Positions 48,307 through 56,845 of a stretch of 64,000 nucleotides of DNA are shown here, piece after piece. Positions within the stretch are counted from its first letter, which is position 1; the number at the start of each line of letters is the position of its first letter. The translations under genes and the position numbers were made by a program. Source of the stretch: a virus (lineage: Duplodnaviria > Caudoviricetes); IMG/VR virus record IMGVR_UViG_3300010163_000002, positions 184,906-248,905 of that record, one strand, 5' to 3'. Under the pieces are notes generated by a model, which was given only the letters and a program-made list of their open reading frames with translations, was not told where the DNA came from and ran no database searches.

Positions 48307-49428
48307 ATGGGAGACGCATTTATTCCAACAAATTCATTGTCTTCTGTCAATTTTGATATATTAAAGATGGATGCTATTGAAGATCCATTGATTAATGTAA
48401 ATAAATTAGCAACAATGGATTTTGAAGAGTGCTATATGGCTCAGGCTGTTGAATTTATCAATGAGTGTAGAAGAGATATCACGGATAAGAAAATTACATT
48501 CTATAAACAGCTTAATGAGTCAACAACTGAAAGAATGGTATTGGAATCATTTTCTGATTTCTTCTCTGGGGTAAAAGATATCATTTCTAAATTCATTAAA
48601 TTCTTACGTAAATTAGTAGATAAATTTTTTATCGCTATGATGAAAATCGTAAAATCTGATAATTTTATTAAAAAGCATAAAGAGGATTTTAATAGAATTA
48701 CAGAGGAATTCGATTTCAGAGGATTCGAATATACATTTACTCCAAATATTCCGTCTGGAGATGCTGCACTTGCATTTAATAACTCATTATTTGATACATT
48801 ATATGGCGATGAGAAGAGAAACCTTACAGCGCAGTCTGTTAAAGATTCTGTAATTGCTATGGATCTTGAAAAAGATTACAACGAATTTAGAGCTAAAGTA
48901 ATTGGTAAAGATGGGGATACTATTTATGTATCAGAATTTTCTCAGGCTCTTTTTGAAGTATATCGCAACGGTCAGAGTGATCCAGAAACAATTACTGCAG
49001 ATTCTGCATATGTAAGAAGATGCTTAGATAGATTTCTTAATTATGAGAAGTCTAAAAAAGAAATAGAGCATAATCGTAAATCCATTGAAGATGCATATAA
49101 TAAAGTAGAAAAACAGGTATCTGAAATTGTAAAAAGAAATACTGACCTTGACAAAGAGGCATTTTTATCTCGTTTACCTCAGGATAATGGAATTATGAAT
49201 GTGCAAACCACTGGAAGCGGTACTCTTATGGCTGCAGAGTTAATGACTCAGATTGACGTATACGTTAAGGCTAAAATCGATCAGATTCAGGAATATTCTA
49301 ACATCCACCTCTTAGCATTCTCTGCTAAGCTTGACGCTATGAAGGAATGCTTTATTCAGGACAGGACTGTTTTGTATACTTCTTTGAGTAAAAATGGTCT
49401 TGACCATGATAAGAAGGGAGGTAAATAA
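48307..49428 (+). CDS. Internal head protein, paralogue 3
   Basis: 'VLES-FSDFFSGVKDIISKFIKFLRKLVDKF...SDNFIKKH'; late motif at 48261-48273. Confidence 0.6.
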   Translation: MGDAFIPTNSLSSVNFDILKMDAIEDPLINVNKLATMDFEECYMAQAVEFINECRRDITDKKITFYKQLNESTTERMVLESFSDFFSGVKDIISKFIKFLRKLVDKFFIAMMKIVKSDNFIKKHKEDFNRITEEFDFRGFEYTFTPNIPSGDAALAFNNSLFDTLYGDEKRNLTAQSVKDSVIAMDLEKDYNEFRAKVIGKDGDTIYVSEFSQALFEVYRNGQSDPETITADSAYVRRCLDRFLNYEKSKKEIEHNRKSIEDAYNKVEKQVSEIVKRNTDLDKEAFLSRLPQDNGIMNVQTTGSGTLMAAELMTQIDVYVKAKIDQIQEYSNIHLLAFSAKLDAMKECFIQDRTVLYTSLSKNGLDHDKKGGK

Positions 49429-49430
49429 TT

Positions 49431-50708
49431 ATGGCAGTAATTTCTAAAGAGTATGTGTACTGTGCTCCTACAAGCGGGAGTTATTATATGCACGAATCTG
49501 CATATGAATCATATATTCAGCAGAAAATTGATTCCGAGAACAAGCTTGCTTTAGCTATGAGAGAAGCAATGGTATTGTCAGAGGCAGATTACTCTAATAT
49601 CAGAGTTCTTCAGGAAGCTAAACTTGGAGATAAACTTAAAGCAAAATGGAAACAGTTTGTTGCGTTTATCAAAGGGCTTGCTGCAAAATTCATGGAATCT
49701 ATGACTAATATTCTTCTTAATGAAAAAGATTATCTTGAAAAATACAAGGATATTATTTTAAGGAAAAAGCCTAAAGAAAATCTTAATTATTCATATACCG
49801 GGAATTATACAAATGGTATTAATAGAATTATTAATACTGAATTAGAAGTATTCAACTATGAGACTTACAAAGCACAGCTTAATGCAGATGGTGTAGGACC
49901 TCTTGTTGAAAAACTTGTAAATAATTTTAAGTATGACTCTAGCGGTAAAGATACACTTGCAGAACAGCTTAAAAATTATTATCTTGATATTGACGACGGG
50001 CAGAAGGAAGGAAAATTCAGCGAATTAAATTTCACAGATATGTATAACTTCTGCTATAACTTCGCTAAGATTAAGAATGTCGTAGATAAAGATATTCAGC
50101 GTCTTGAAGCATCTACTAAAGCTATTGAACAAGAAATAACAAAAGCAATTAAAGATGCTGGAGCCAATCCAAATACTCAAGATGATTCTAATGATAGCAA
50201 TCAATCAAATGATACAACTCAAAATAACACCGAAAATAATAACAATTCTTCTGTTGGTAAGCAAGAATCTGGCGCAATAAGAGGTTATAGAAAAGCTATT
50301 TGGGAAGCTGAAGACAGCGACAAACCGCAAGGCCTTAAAATAACTTCTGCAGATGTATCTAGTAAAGTAAGAACGACTAATGATCGTGATACAGATACAG
50401 AAAAAGCTGCCGCAGCATCTGGAGTGACAGCAGCAAAAGATAGTAAAGATCCGACAAAAGCAATCAATGACGCAGCAAGTAAATGGATTTCTGTATGTAA
50501 TCCTATTATTAGCGCAAAATGGACAGCGTGTCAACAGATTGCTAAGGACTATATGGCTATTATCAGAGCTCATGTACGTTCTTATGGTGGTCAGGATAAG
50601 AATGATAAAACCGGCAATACTGCTCCTCAGCAAGGAACAGAATATGCAAAAGACAGTGAAAAAGCCAAAGCAGAAGCTGAAAAAGCAAAAGAAGAAGCTA
50701 ATAAATAA
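49431..50708 (+). CDS. Internal head protein, paralogue 4
   Basis: 'LQEA-KLGDKLKAKWKQFVAFIKGLAAKF...EKDYLEKY'. Confidence 0.6.
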   Translation: MAVISKEYVYCAPTSGSYYMHESAYESYIQQKIDSENKLALAMREAMVLSEADYSNIRVLQEAKLGDKLKAKWKQFVAFIKGLAAKFMESMTNILLNEKDYLEKYKDIILRKKPKENLNYSYTGNYTNGINRIINTELEVFNYETYKAQLNADGVGPLVEKLVNNFKYDSSGKDTLAEQLKNYYLDIDDGQKEGKFSELNFTDMYNFCYNFAKIKNVVDKDIQRLEASTKAIEQEITKAIKDAGANPNTQDDSNDSNQSNDTTQNNTENNNNSSVGKQESGAIRGYRKAIWEAEDSDKPQGLKITSADVSSKVRTTNDRDTDTEKAAAASGVTAAKDSKDPTKAINDAASKWISVCNPIISAKWTACQQIAKDYMAIIRAHVRSYGGQDKNDKTGNTAPQQGTEYAKDSEKAKAEAEKAKEEANK

Positions 50709-50717
50709 AAGTATTAT

Positions 50718-50751
50718 CCCTGAGGGATTACTCCCTCAGGGGTTTTATTTA
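50718..50751. terminator. Terminator between convergent operons
   Basis: CCCTGAGGGA-ttac-TCCCTCAGGG followed by GTTTTATTT. Confidence 0.8.
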
Positions 50752-51957
50752 CTTTTGTAATTCTTTAAAATCAATCATAGAATTCATTAGGAATGTATCA
50801 TCTTCCCTCAGATACATTTCTCTTTTTCTATACATAAGAAAGTCCCCATCATGCTCTCTATATCTATCTATAAAATGTATTGTTACTCGTTTATTAAGTG
50901 TAAATAGATCTGTATCAAGATCTACTTTCTGAATATATACAAAGAAGTTGCTAGAATCTTCAATTGCTTTAATATTATCTAGCATTCCTTCATTATCATT
51001 GTTTAATCTTATGGTTTGTTTTTTATCTTTAGAGTAAGAAGCAGTGTTTTTAAGCGATTTATCAGTAGCACCACTGGAAGACATGCCGACTAATGTAGTT
51101 CTGCTTTTATTAGAAAGTGTGTTGTCGTATATGCTCACATTAACGTAGTTCATGGGTACCTCATACGTCTTAGATGTTTTATTTATTATTGCGCCTATCT
51201 CATACGCTTCAACTTTATTGATTTCTTCTATATTTACTAAAATAGAAGTATATGTGTCTCCTGGTTTCTTTATAGCTCTACCAGATGATGAAATCAAATA
51301 AGTATGATTAAAGTCCTGATAATATCTATATGGAGTATCATAAAATACTCTAATATTATTTAATTCTCTAAGCATACTATTAACAGAATCTTTTGCCGGT
51401 ACAACTAAACTTTCTATCTTTGTAGGATCTCCAATCTTTTCCATAATAAGATTATCAAAATTTCCCATTACTGTATTTACAGGTTCAGATATAGATACTT
51501 TTTTCAAATTAAACTTAAATGTTTGCTTATTAAGATTGATATGATCTATACACATTAAACCTATTACTGCTTGACGAAAAGTATTATTAAGATGCTCTGA
51601 TTCGGTTTCTTCAGTATAATCTATAGTATCATTTTTATTTACATCGTTAGGAAGAAAGTATGTAAACTTCTTTCTTAGACATTCTATTTTTTGTTTTTCA
51701 TCTGTAAGATCATCATATTTATATATAACCATCATAATAAGATTGTTATTACAATTTTTGATCATATCGTCCATGAATTTTTTATCAAGTCTCAAATTTA
51801 CATAAACAATTGGCATACAATTTTTTTCATAATTATGATCTATAATAACAAATTTCACGCATTCATTTTTTATAGCAGTTGCTTTATTCTTTTTCTGATC
51901 TAGATACGTTAATTCTATAATATAACGAAATTTAGTATTACGAGCTTTAGTAGCCAT
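50749..51957 (-). CDS. Baseplate hub-like virion protein
   Basis: GGAGG RBS before ATG 51957; late motif at 51977-51989; beta-rich hub-like pattern. Confidence 0.45.
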   Translation of the reverse strand: MATKARNTKFRYIIELTYLDQKKNKATAIKNECVKFVIIDHNYEKNCMPIVYVNLRLDKKFMDDMIKNCNNNLIMMVIYKYDDLTDEKQKIECLRKKFTYFLPNDVNKNDTIDYTEETESEHLNNTFRQAVIGLMCIDHINLNKQTFKFNLKKVSISEPVNTVMGNFDNLIMEKIGDPTKIESLVVPAKDSVNSMLRELNNIRVFYDTPYRYYQDFNHTYLISSSGRAIKKPGDTYTSILVNIEEINKVEAYEIGAIINKTSKTYEVPMNYVNVSIYDNTLSNKSRTTLVGMSSSGATDKSLKNTASYSKDKKQTIRLNNDNEGMLDNIKAIEDSSNFFVYIQKVDLDTDLFTLNKRVTIHFIDRYREHDGDFLMYRKREMYLREDDTFLMNSMIDFKELQK

Positions 51958-52021
51958 ATGCGTCACCTCCAAGATATTACTTTGATGTCATAGGCTAAAA
52001 AATTTATACGTTAATCAATAA

Positions 52022-52054
52022 AAAATAAAAGCGCTTGTTAGGCGCTTTTATTTT
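52022..52054 (-). terminator. Intrinsic terminator
   Basis: AAAATAAAAGCGC...GCGCTTTTATTTT with A-tract on the left. Confidence 0.7.
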
Positions 52055-52331
52055 CAGTTGGCACATATTCATACGGGCATCTAGTGATCTTAACCAGTCT
52101 TGCATCCTCATATATTATATGCATAGCATCCTGTGCTGCTGGATGACACACATACACATGACCGTATGTATGATTAACAATTTCTTCCATACGTTTCCTT
52201 TCATAAGCCCATGGAACTCTGCATTGCTCCATAAGAAACTTATGGTAGCTTTTATCATTAGTAGATACAATTAATTCAAGTATCCCATCAGCGTAGGTTT
52301 CATCTAAACTTGTAATATTAATCATAGTCAT
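52038..52331 (-). CDS. Hypothetical protein
   Basis: AAAGGA RBS before MTMINI. Confidence 0.55.
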   Translation of the reverse strand: MTMINITSLDETYADGILELIVSTNDKSYHKFLMEQCRVPWAYERKRMEEIVNHTYGHVYVCHPAAQDAMHIIYEDARLVKITRCPYEYVPTENKSA

Positions 52332-52387
52332 TCCTTTCCATTGTTTCAGCATCTATTCAAGTAGTTATCAATTTTAGTGATGTACAA

Positions 52388-52735
52388 TCATACCAACGGA
52401 TATATTTCTCTTCCGTCAGCCATGTGTACAACTTTGATTTTGCCTCCATCAAATATGGCATCATCGTTGTACTTTTTAAGTTTCTCGGAAGTCGGAACTC
52501 CCCAAAGAACCCCGCCAATGCTCATTTGGCTAAGATGAAGTCTTTCATCATTATCATTCAAATAGATAGCATTAAGGCTATAATAGCGGGCATCAAGACA
52601 TGCAGCTAAGCCTTTACTCTGATTGTTAAATTCAACTAGGCCTACGATAGGCATTTCGCTACCATCGTGAGAATCTATAACAACATTGTTTGACCTCATA
52701 GAATTGATGATTGTTTTAAAATTATTATTAGTCAT
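52388..52735 (-). CDS. Hypothetical early protein
   Basis: AAGGA RBS before MTNNN; early motif at 52807-52818. Confidence 0.6.
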   Translation of the reverse strand: MTNNNFKTIINSMRSNNVVIDSHDGSEMPIVGLVEFNNQSKGLAACLDARYYSLNAIYLNDNDERLHLSQMSIGGVLWGVPTSEKLKKYNDDAIFDGGKIKVVHMADGREIYPLV

Positions 52736-52848
52736 ATTATCCTTCCTTCTCACTCATAACGGGTTTCGAGTGACTACCCATAATATTATTTTCTGTTATT
52801 CACTATTATAATATATAAATAAATATAAACGAATTTGCAAAAAATAAT

Positions 52849-52874
52849 AACCGGAGGGAATTAACCCTCCGGTT
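52849..52874 (-). terminator. Intrinsic terminator
   Basis: AACCGGAGGG-aattaa-CCCTCCGGTT with A-rich tract on the left. Confidence 0.75.
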
Positions 52875-52883
52875 TACTGGTGC

Positions 52884-53204
52884 TCATAATGGTTCCACTT
52901 CGAGTTTGTCGCATCTATTTTCTAATTCAGCGTATACTGTACCATTACTGCTTTCTGTAATGGTATGATACGAATTAAGAGCATCTACATCATTACGTGC
53001 TACTATAGCAATAGGTTTAGTATATGTGTTACTGCGATTGAGTTTACCGCTTAATTCGCAAACCATATATAATGAGCAATGTTTAAGATCATGAGCCAAA
53101 TCCTCCGGTAAATACCCTTCCAAGTAATTTCCATAAAAACCACTAATTGTTCCGTGAACTAACTGGATTAGATCATCCCTTAATGTATACTTAAATTTAA
53201 TCAT
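52884..53204 (-). CDS. Hypothetical protein
   Basis: GGAGG RBS. Confidence 0.6.
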   Translation of the reverse strand: MIKFKYTLRDDLIQLVHGTISGFYGNYLEGYLPEDLAHDLKHCSLYMVCELSGKLNRSNTYTKPIAIVARNDVDALNSYHTITESSNGTVYAELENRCDKLEVEPL

Positions 53205-53228
53205 AATTATACCTCCGCATATAACATC

Positions 53229-54299
53229 TTATAGAGAATTAAGATCCAATGGATTATCAAAGAAATATTTATCATTAATTTCTCTAACAGTTTCAGGATC
53301 TTTAAAGTTAACGTTCCATGAATAGTCTTTAGATTCAGGCATATTAGAGTATATCATATGCTGAAACATAAGATCTATAGCTTTAAATCTGAAACTAAAG
53401 CTAGTAGAATCTATATATCTAGACAATTCTGGCAATACTGAATATACATATTCTGGATCTGCATTATATCCATTAAGCAATCTATTATTTAATATTGCCT
53501 CTGATATTATTCTTATGGCTATAGTTGCATTGGTGACAGAATTTACGTTATATTCTTGTAGTCCTGTCATACTCATTAATGCACTAAGAAATTTTGGACT
53601 CATGCCATGCAGATATTCAATTGTTTTAGCATTAGACAACTTATTGTAATATTGAAATAATACAGATTGCCCGCATATTGCAATTGATCTATCTTCACCA
53701 TTATATTTCTTTGGTCTGAATAATATAGCATTATTAAACATTGCTGGTATTTGATAAGCATATTTAGATTTAGTTAATACCATTGATGGTATATTTGTAT
53801 TCTTCATGATATTGTCCGCTACAAACATCGAAAACATGGTAGATTTTTCTACAAAATATACATCCTGTATATATGCAGCAAGTATTCTTACCATATCTAA
53901 TTGGGAGCTTATAACAGATGAAATATTCTCAAAATCTAATGTAAGTTCTCTTTTACCATCACTAAATGTCTGATAGAATTTTGTATGATTGAATGTTTCA
54001 TTCCTACCATATACTAAATATACTACAGCCCACATACGATGTCTTGATCTGAAATATTCCCGAATATGAGCAACAAGATTTATTATTGCTGATACTATAG
54101 TATATTTCTTATTTGCATATACATATTTACCGTATAATGGTTTTAGCATATCATATACATCTACATAGACATGTATAATACTTGATGGGGCAAAATTAGC
54201 GAATGCTGTATTCACTAACTCTTGCATCCTGGTATATTTTATATAGTAACCATACAAAATAGCCTCAAGATTTTCCCTCCTATCATCCATATTGATCAA
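53229..54299 (-). CDS. Hypothetical protein, possibly degenerate PIN/5'-3' exonuclease fold
   Basis: 'IHVYVDVYDML...VVYLVY...SMVLTKS' loosely follows FEN/PIN topology; acidic catalytic residues appear incomplete. Confidence 0.35.
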   Translation of the reverse strand: MINMDDRRENLEAILYGYYIKYTRMQELVNTAFANFAPSSIIHVYVDVYDMLKPLYGKYVYANKKYTIVSAIINLVAHIREYFRSRHRMWAVVYLVYGRNETFNHTKFYQTFSDGKRELTLDFENISSVISSQLDMVRILAAYIQDVYFVEKSTMFSMFVADNIMKNTNIPSMVLTKSKYAYQIPAMFNNAILFRPKKYNGEDRSIAICGQSVLFQYYNKLSNAKTIEYLHGMSPKFLSALMSMTGLQEYNVNSVTNATIAIRIISEAILNNRLLNGYNADPEYVYSVLPELSRYIDSTSFSFRFKAIDLMFQHMIYSNMPESKDYSWNVNFKDPETVREINDKYFFDNPLDLNSL

Positions 54300-54308
54300 C
54301 TCCTCATA

Positions 54309-54668
54309 TTACCCTAAAAGCTCTGAAGGATCATAGTAATCCTCTGAGCCATCATCGTCATCAAAATCATTTACATCTGTATTAATTCCTACATCTTCCC
54401 CTCTAGTTTTAAGAGCTTTAGCCAAACGTTTTGTATCGCCGTACCCTTGTTCTACCAAAACTGCTGTTAATTCACTAGCCCCATTATCTGTAAGTGTAAT
54501 ACCTTTACCAGCTCTTTCTTCCCCATCTTGGTAATTCCATTTTCTTAAATCCAATTTGGCCGGTCTGCCATTCCAGCCAATTTTACGAAGATTTATACTT
54601 GTATTCTGTCCCTCTTCGATAATAAAGTCAAAATCTTTTTCAATCTGCATAGTAAATTCTTTTGCCAT
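54309..54668 (-). CDS. YdbC/PC4-like single-stranded DNA-binding protein
   Basis: 'LRKIGWNGRPAKLDLRKW...AGKGITLT' PC4/YdbC signature with SSB-like acidic C-tail. Confidence 0.85.
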   Translation of the reverse strand: MAKEFTMQIEKDFDFIIEEGQNTSINLRKIGWNGRPAKLDLRKWNYQDGEERAGKGITLTDNGASELTAVLVEQGYGDTKRLAKALKTRGEDVGINTDVNDFDDDDGSEDYYDPSELLG

Positions 54669-54707
54669 AATATCTTATTCCTCCATATTGTAAAAAATAA
54701 AAATCTA

Positions 54708-54732
54708 TGAGGGGTGGTAACCCCACCCCTCA
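54708..54732 (-). terminator. Hairpin/terminator
   Basis: TGAGGGGTGG-taacc-CCACCCCTCA with A-rich left flank. Confidence 0.65.
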
Positions 54733-54751
54733 CGATCTTATCAGCCTTAGA

Positions 54752-55636
54752 TTAATACATCTGGATTGAATTGAAGTACTGATTCAACTGCGGCGGGTTT
54801 TCCATACAAGCATACTGCTTAGCCGCTGCTTCATCAAACTGCTCGATATTCATAATGAATGTCCGATCAGGATTTGCCTTGATGAATCTTACTTCATATC
54901 TTGCTGTGCTCTTATAGTTCTTATCTCCATCCGGCTCATGTTCTGTTCTAGTAATAATGGTATTACCATACAGTGCTCTTACGATGGTTCTAAGATCAAG
55001 TCCTGTAACCTTGATGAAAGACTGCTCGATATTGTTGCCGGCAAACATCATACCTGCCGGAACAGATGTATGCCATTCAGATACGATAGCCATAGTATCT
55101 TTCTTGGTTTCCCATTTCTTGTTATCGGGTCTCATTGCATCTCTGCCCCCAAACATGAAGTTTCCAAGAAGAACTCTTGTTTCATATGAAAGACCATATG
55201 TGATACCGTCTTTCTTATTCTGAATAGCTCTGGACATGTAGTACAGATTGTTTCTGACATCCTTAGGCTGAACCGTAATCGGCACAAGATTCTTGATCTT
55301 GCCTTCCGGTACCGGGGCCGTATTATCCTGGAACCAGAATTCTACTCCAAACCGGTCTCCGCCCATGAATACGATATTCACGCCCTTAAGATCATGGAAT
55401 GTCTTAGAGAACGCCAGCCGAATATATTTTGACAATTCGCCAGAATTGATTCTCGCGATCTTACCAAATGCCGTAAATGGAATCGGCTGGAACTGCAGAT
55501 ACTCTGTTCCATCGAAACCTGCAGTTTTGTCAACTGTTGTCTTTCCTTCCGTTGTTGTCGTATTGTCAGTACTCTCTTCCTTTACTGCCAATACATTCTT
55601 AATGTTTGTTGGTACTACTTTCTTTTCGGTTGCCAT
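54752..55636 (-). CDS. Hypothetical early protein
   Basis: GGAGG RBS; early-motif variant at 55710-55721. Confidence 0.65.
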   Translation of the reverse strand: MATEKKVVPTNIKNVLAVKEESTDNTTTTEGKTTVDKTAGFDGTEYLQFQPIPFTAFGKIARINSGELSKYIRLAFSKTFHDLKGVNIVFMGGDRFGVEFWFQDNTAPVPEGKIKNLVPITVQPKDVRNNLYYMSRAIQNKKDGITYGLSYETRVLLGNFMFGGRDAMRPDNKKWETKKDTMAIVSEWHTSVPAGMMFAGNNIEQSFIKVTGLDLRTIVRALYGNTIITRTEHEPDGDKNYKSTARYEVRFIKANPDRTFIMNIEQFDEAAAKQYACMENPPQLNQYFNSIQMY

Positions 55637-55751
55637 AACGCAATTACCTCCGTTTTAATATTTATTTATATAATCGAATAAGAATTATTTCTTACTCGTT
55701 ATACACCTATATGATATACAATTACAATTAAGTTTGCACTATTGTAAAATA

Positions 55752-56684
55752 TTACCTAAGTGGCATCATTGATTTAATAATGTCGTCATTTCCATCAGAA
55801 ATATAACCCAATGTTTCATAGGCTATAAGAAAGATTTCATTATTACTATCTTTAACAACAACGTGCTGCAAAGAAACAATTTTTGAAATATCTATATCCT
55901 TATCATATTTGATAATTTTTACATTATCAATATATCTCATAAGAACATGCTGAAGTTTGTTCATTTGTTTGTTATTAAGAATTATATTCCCATCAGTGTC
56001 ATATGATTCTTTACCAAGAATAATTGGGAACTGTATATCACAGATATTAAAGATGCTCATAAGATTATACATGAACTCATTATCCGCTAATAGTTCTTCA
56101 ACTGTATTTGAAACTCCTTTTACCATGCTAGGTAGATATGATTTGATCATAGCAAGAGTCGCGTTAATGTCTTTCCTAAGCTTGTTAGGAATAAGTTTTA
56201 AAATATCATCAACAGAATCTGTTAAATATATTGCAATGGATTCCTGCTTCACAATCTTGGTAAATGACATCATTTCTTTTATATCATCTTTACTTGCTGT
56301 TGTTACAGTTAGGCAGTCGCCAATGTAAATTGAACTCATATCACCAAGCATATTCTTTCTTGTGCTATAGTAGTTCTGTCTGAGAATAAGCGCCGGCTCT
56401 TTAATCCCATTAGCTATATCTGACATTCTATTTACACAGAAGTATACATCCTCAACATCAATGTTGCTTGTAGGATCAGGTTCTTTGGTAATCATAATAT
56501 TAAGAAACGCATCAGGATCAATTCTTACATATTTATCAAGAAGATTCGATCCACTAATTATTTTATTAACATCAGAACCATCTTCCTTTAATACGTAGTG
56601 CTCGCCGTCTCTAATTCTGAAAATTCTTCTGATTTTAGATTCTCCATCTTCGTACGTTTGAAATTTTGTTCCTATGAATTGCAT
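55752..56684 (-). CDS. Hypothetical protein
   Basis: AAGGAGG RBS, 310-aa ORF. Confidence 0.65.
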   Translation of the reverse strand: MQFIGTKFQTYEDGESKIRRIFRIRDGEHYVLKEDGSDVNKIISGSNLLDKYVRIDPDAFLNIMITKEPDPTSNIDVEDVYFCVNRMSDIANGIKEPALILRQNYYSTRKNMLGDMSSIYIGDCLTVTTASKDDIKEMMSFTKIVKQESIAIYLTDSVDDILKLIPNKLRKDINATLAMIKSYLPSMVKGVSNTVEELLADNEFMYNLMSIFNICDIQFPIILGKESYDTDGNIILNNKQMNKLQHVLMRYIDNVKIIKYDKDIDISKIVSLQHVVVKDSNNEIFLIAYETLGYISDGNDDIIKSMMPLR

Positions 56685-56762
56685 ACCTTATCCTCCTTAA
56701 GTATTATAAATTACTATTTAGTTTAAGTATTTATTTAAATTAAAATAACATAACATATTTAT

Positions 56763-56845
56763 AAGAATCACCTAAGTTTATATGTTACTATGTCATACGA
56801 TGCCCGCATGGGGAAACCCATGCGGGTGTTGTATCGTTTCATGTT
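56763..56845 (+). ncRNA. Candidate late small RNA with GNRA-capped hairpin, antisense to flanking genes
   Basis: AACA-TATTTA-TAA at 56752-56764; 18-bp stem ATACGATGCCCGCATGGG-GAAA-CCCATGCGGGTGTTGTAT with three G-U pairs valid only on the + strand. Confidence 0.5.
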
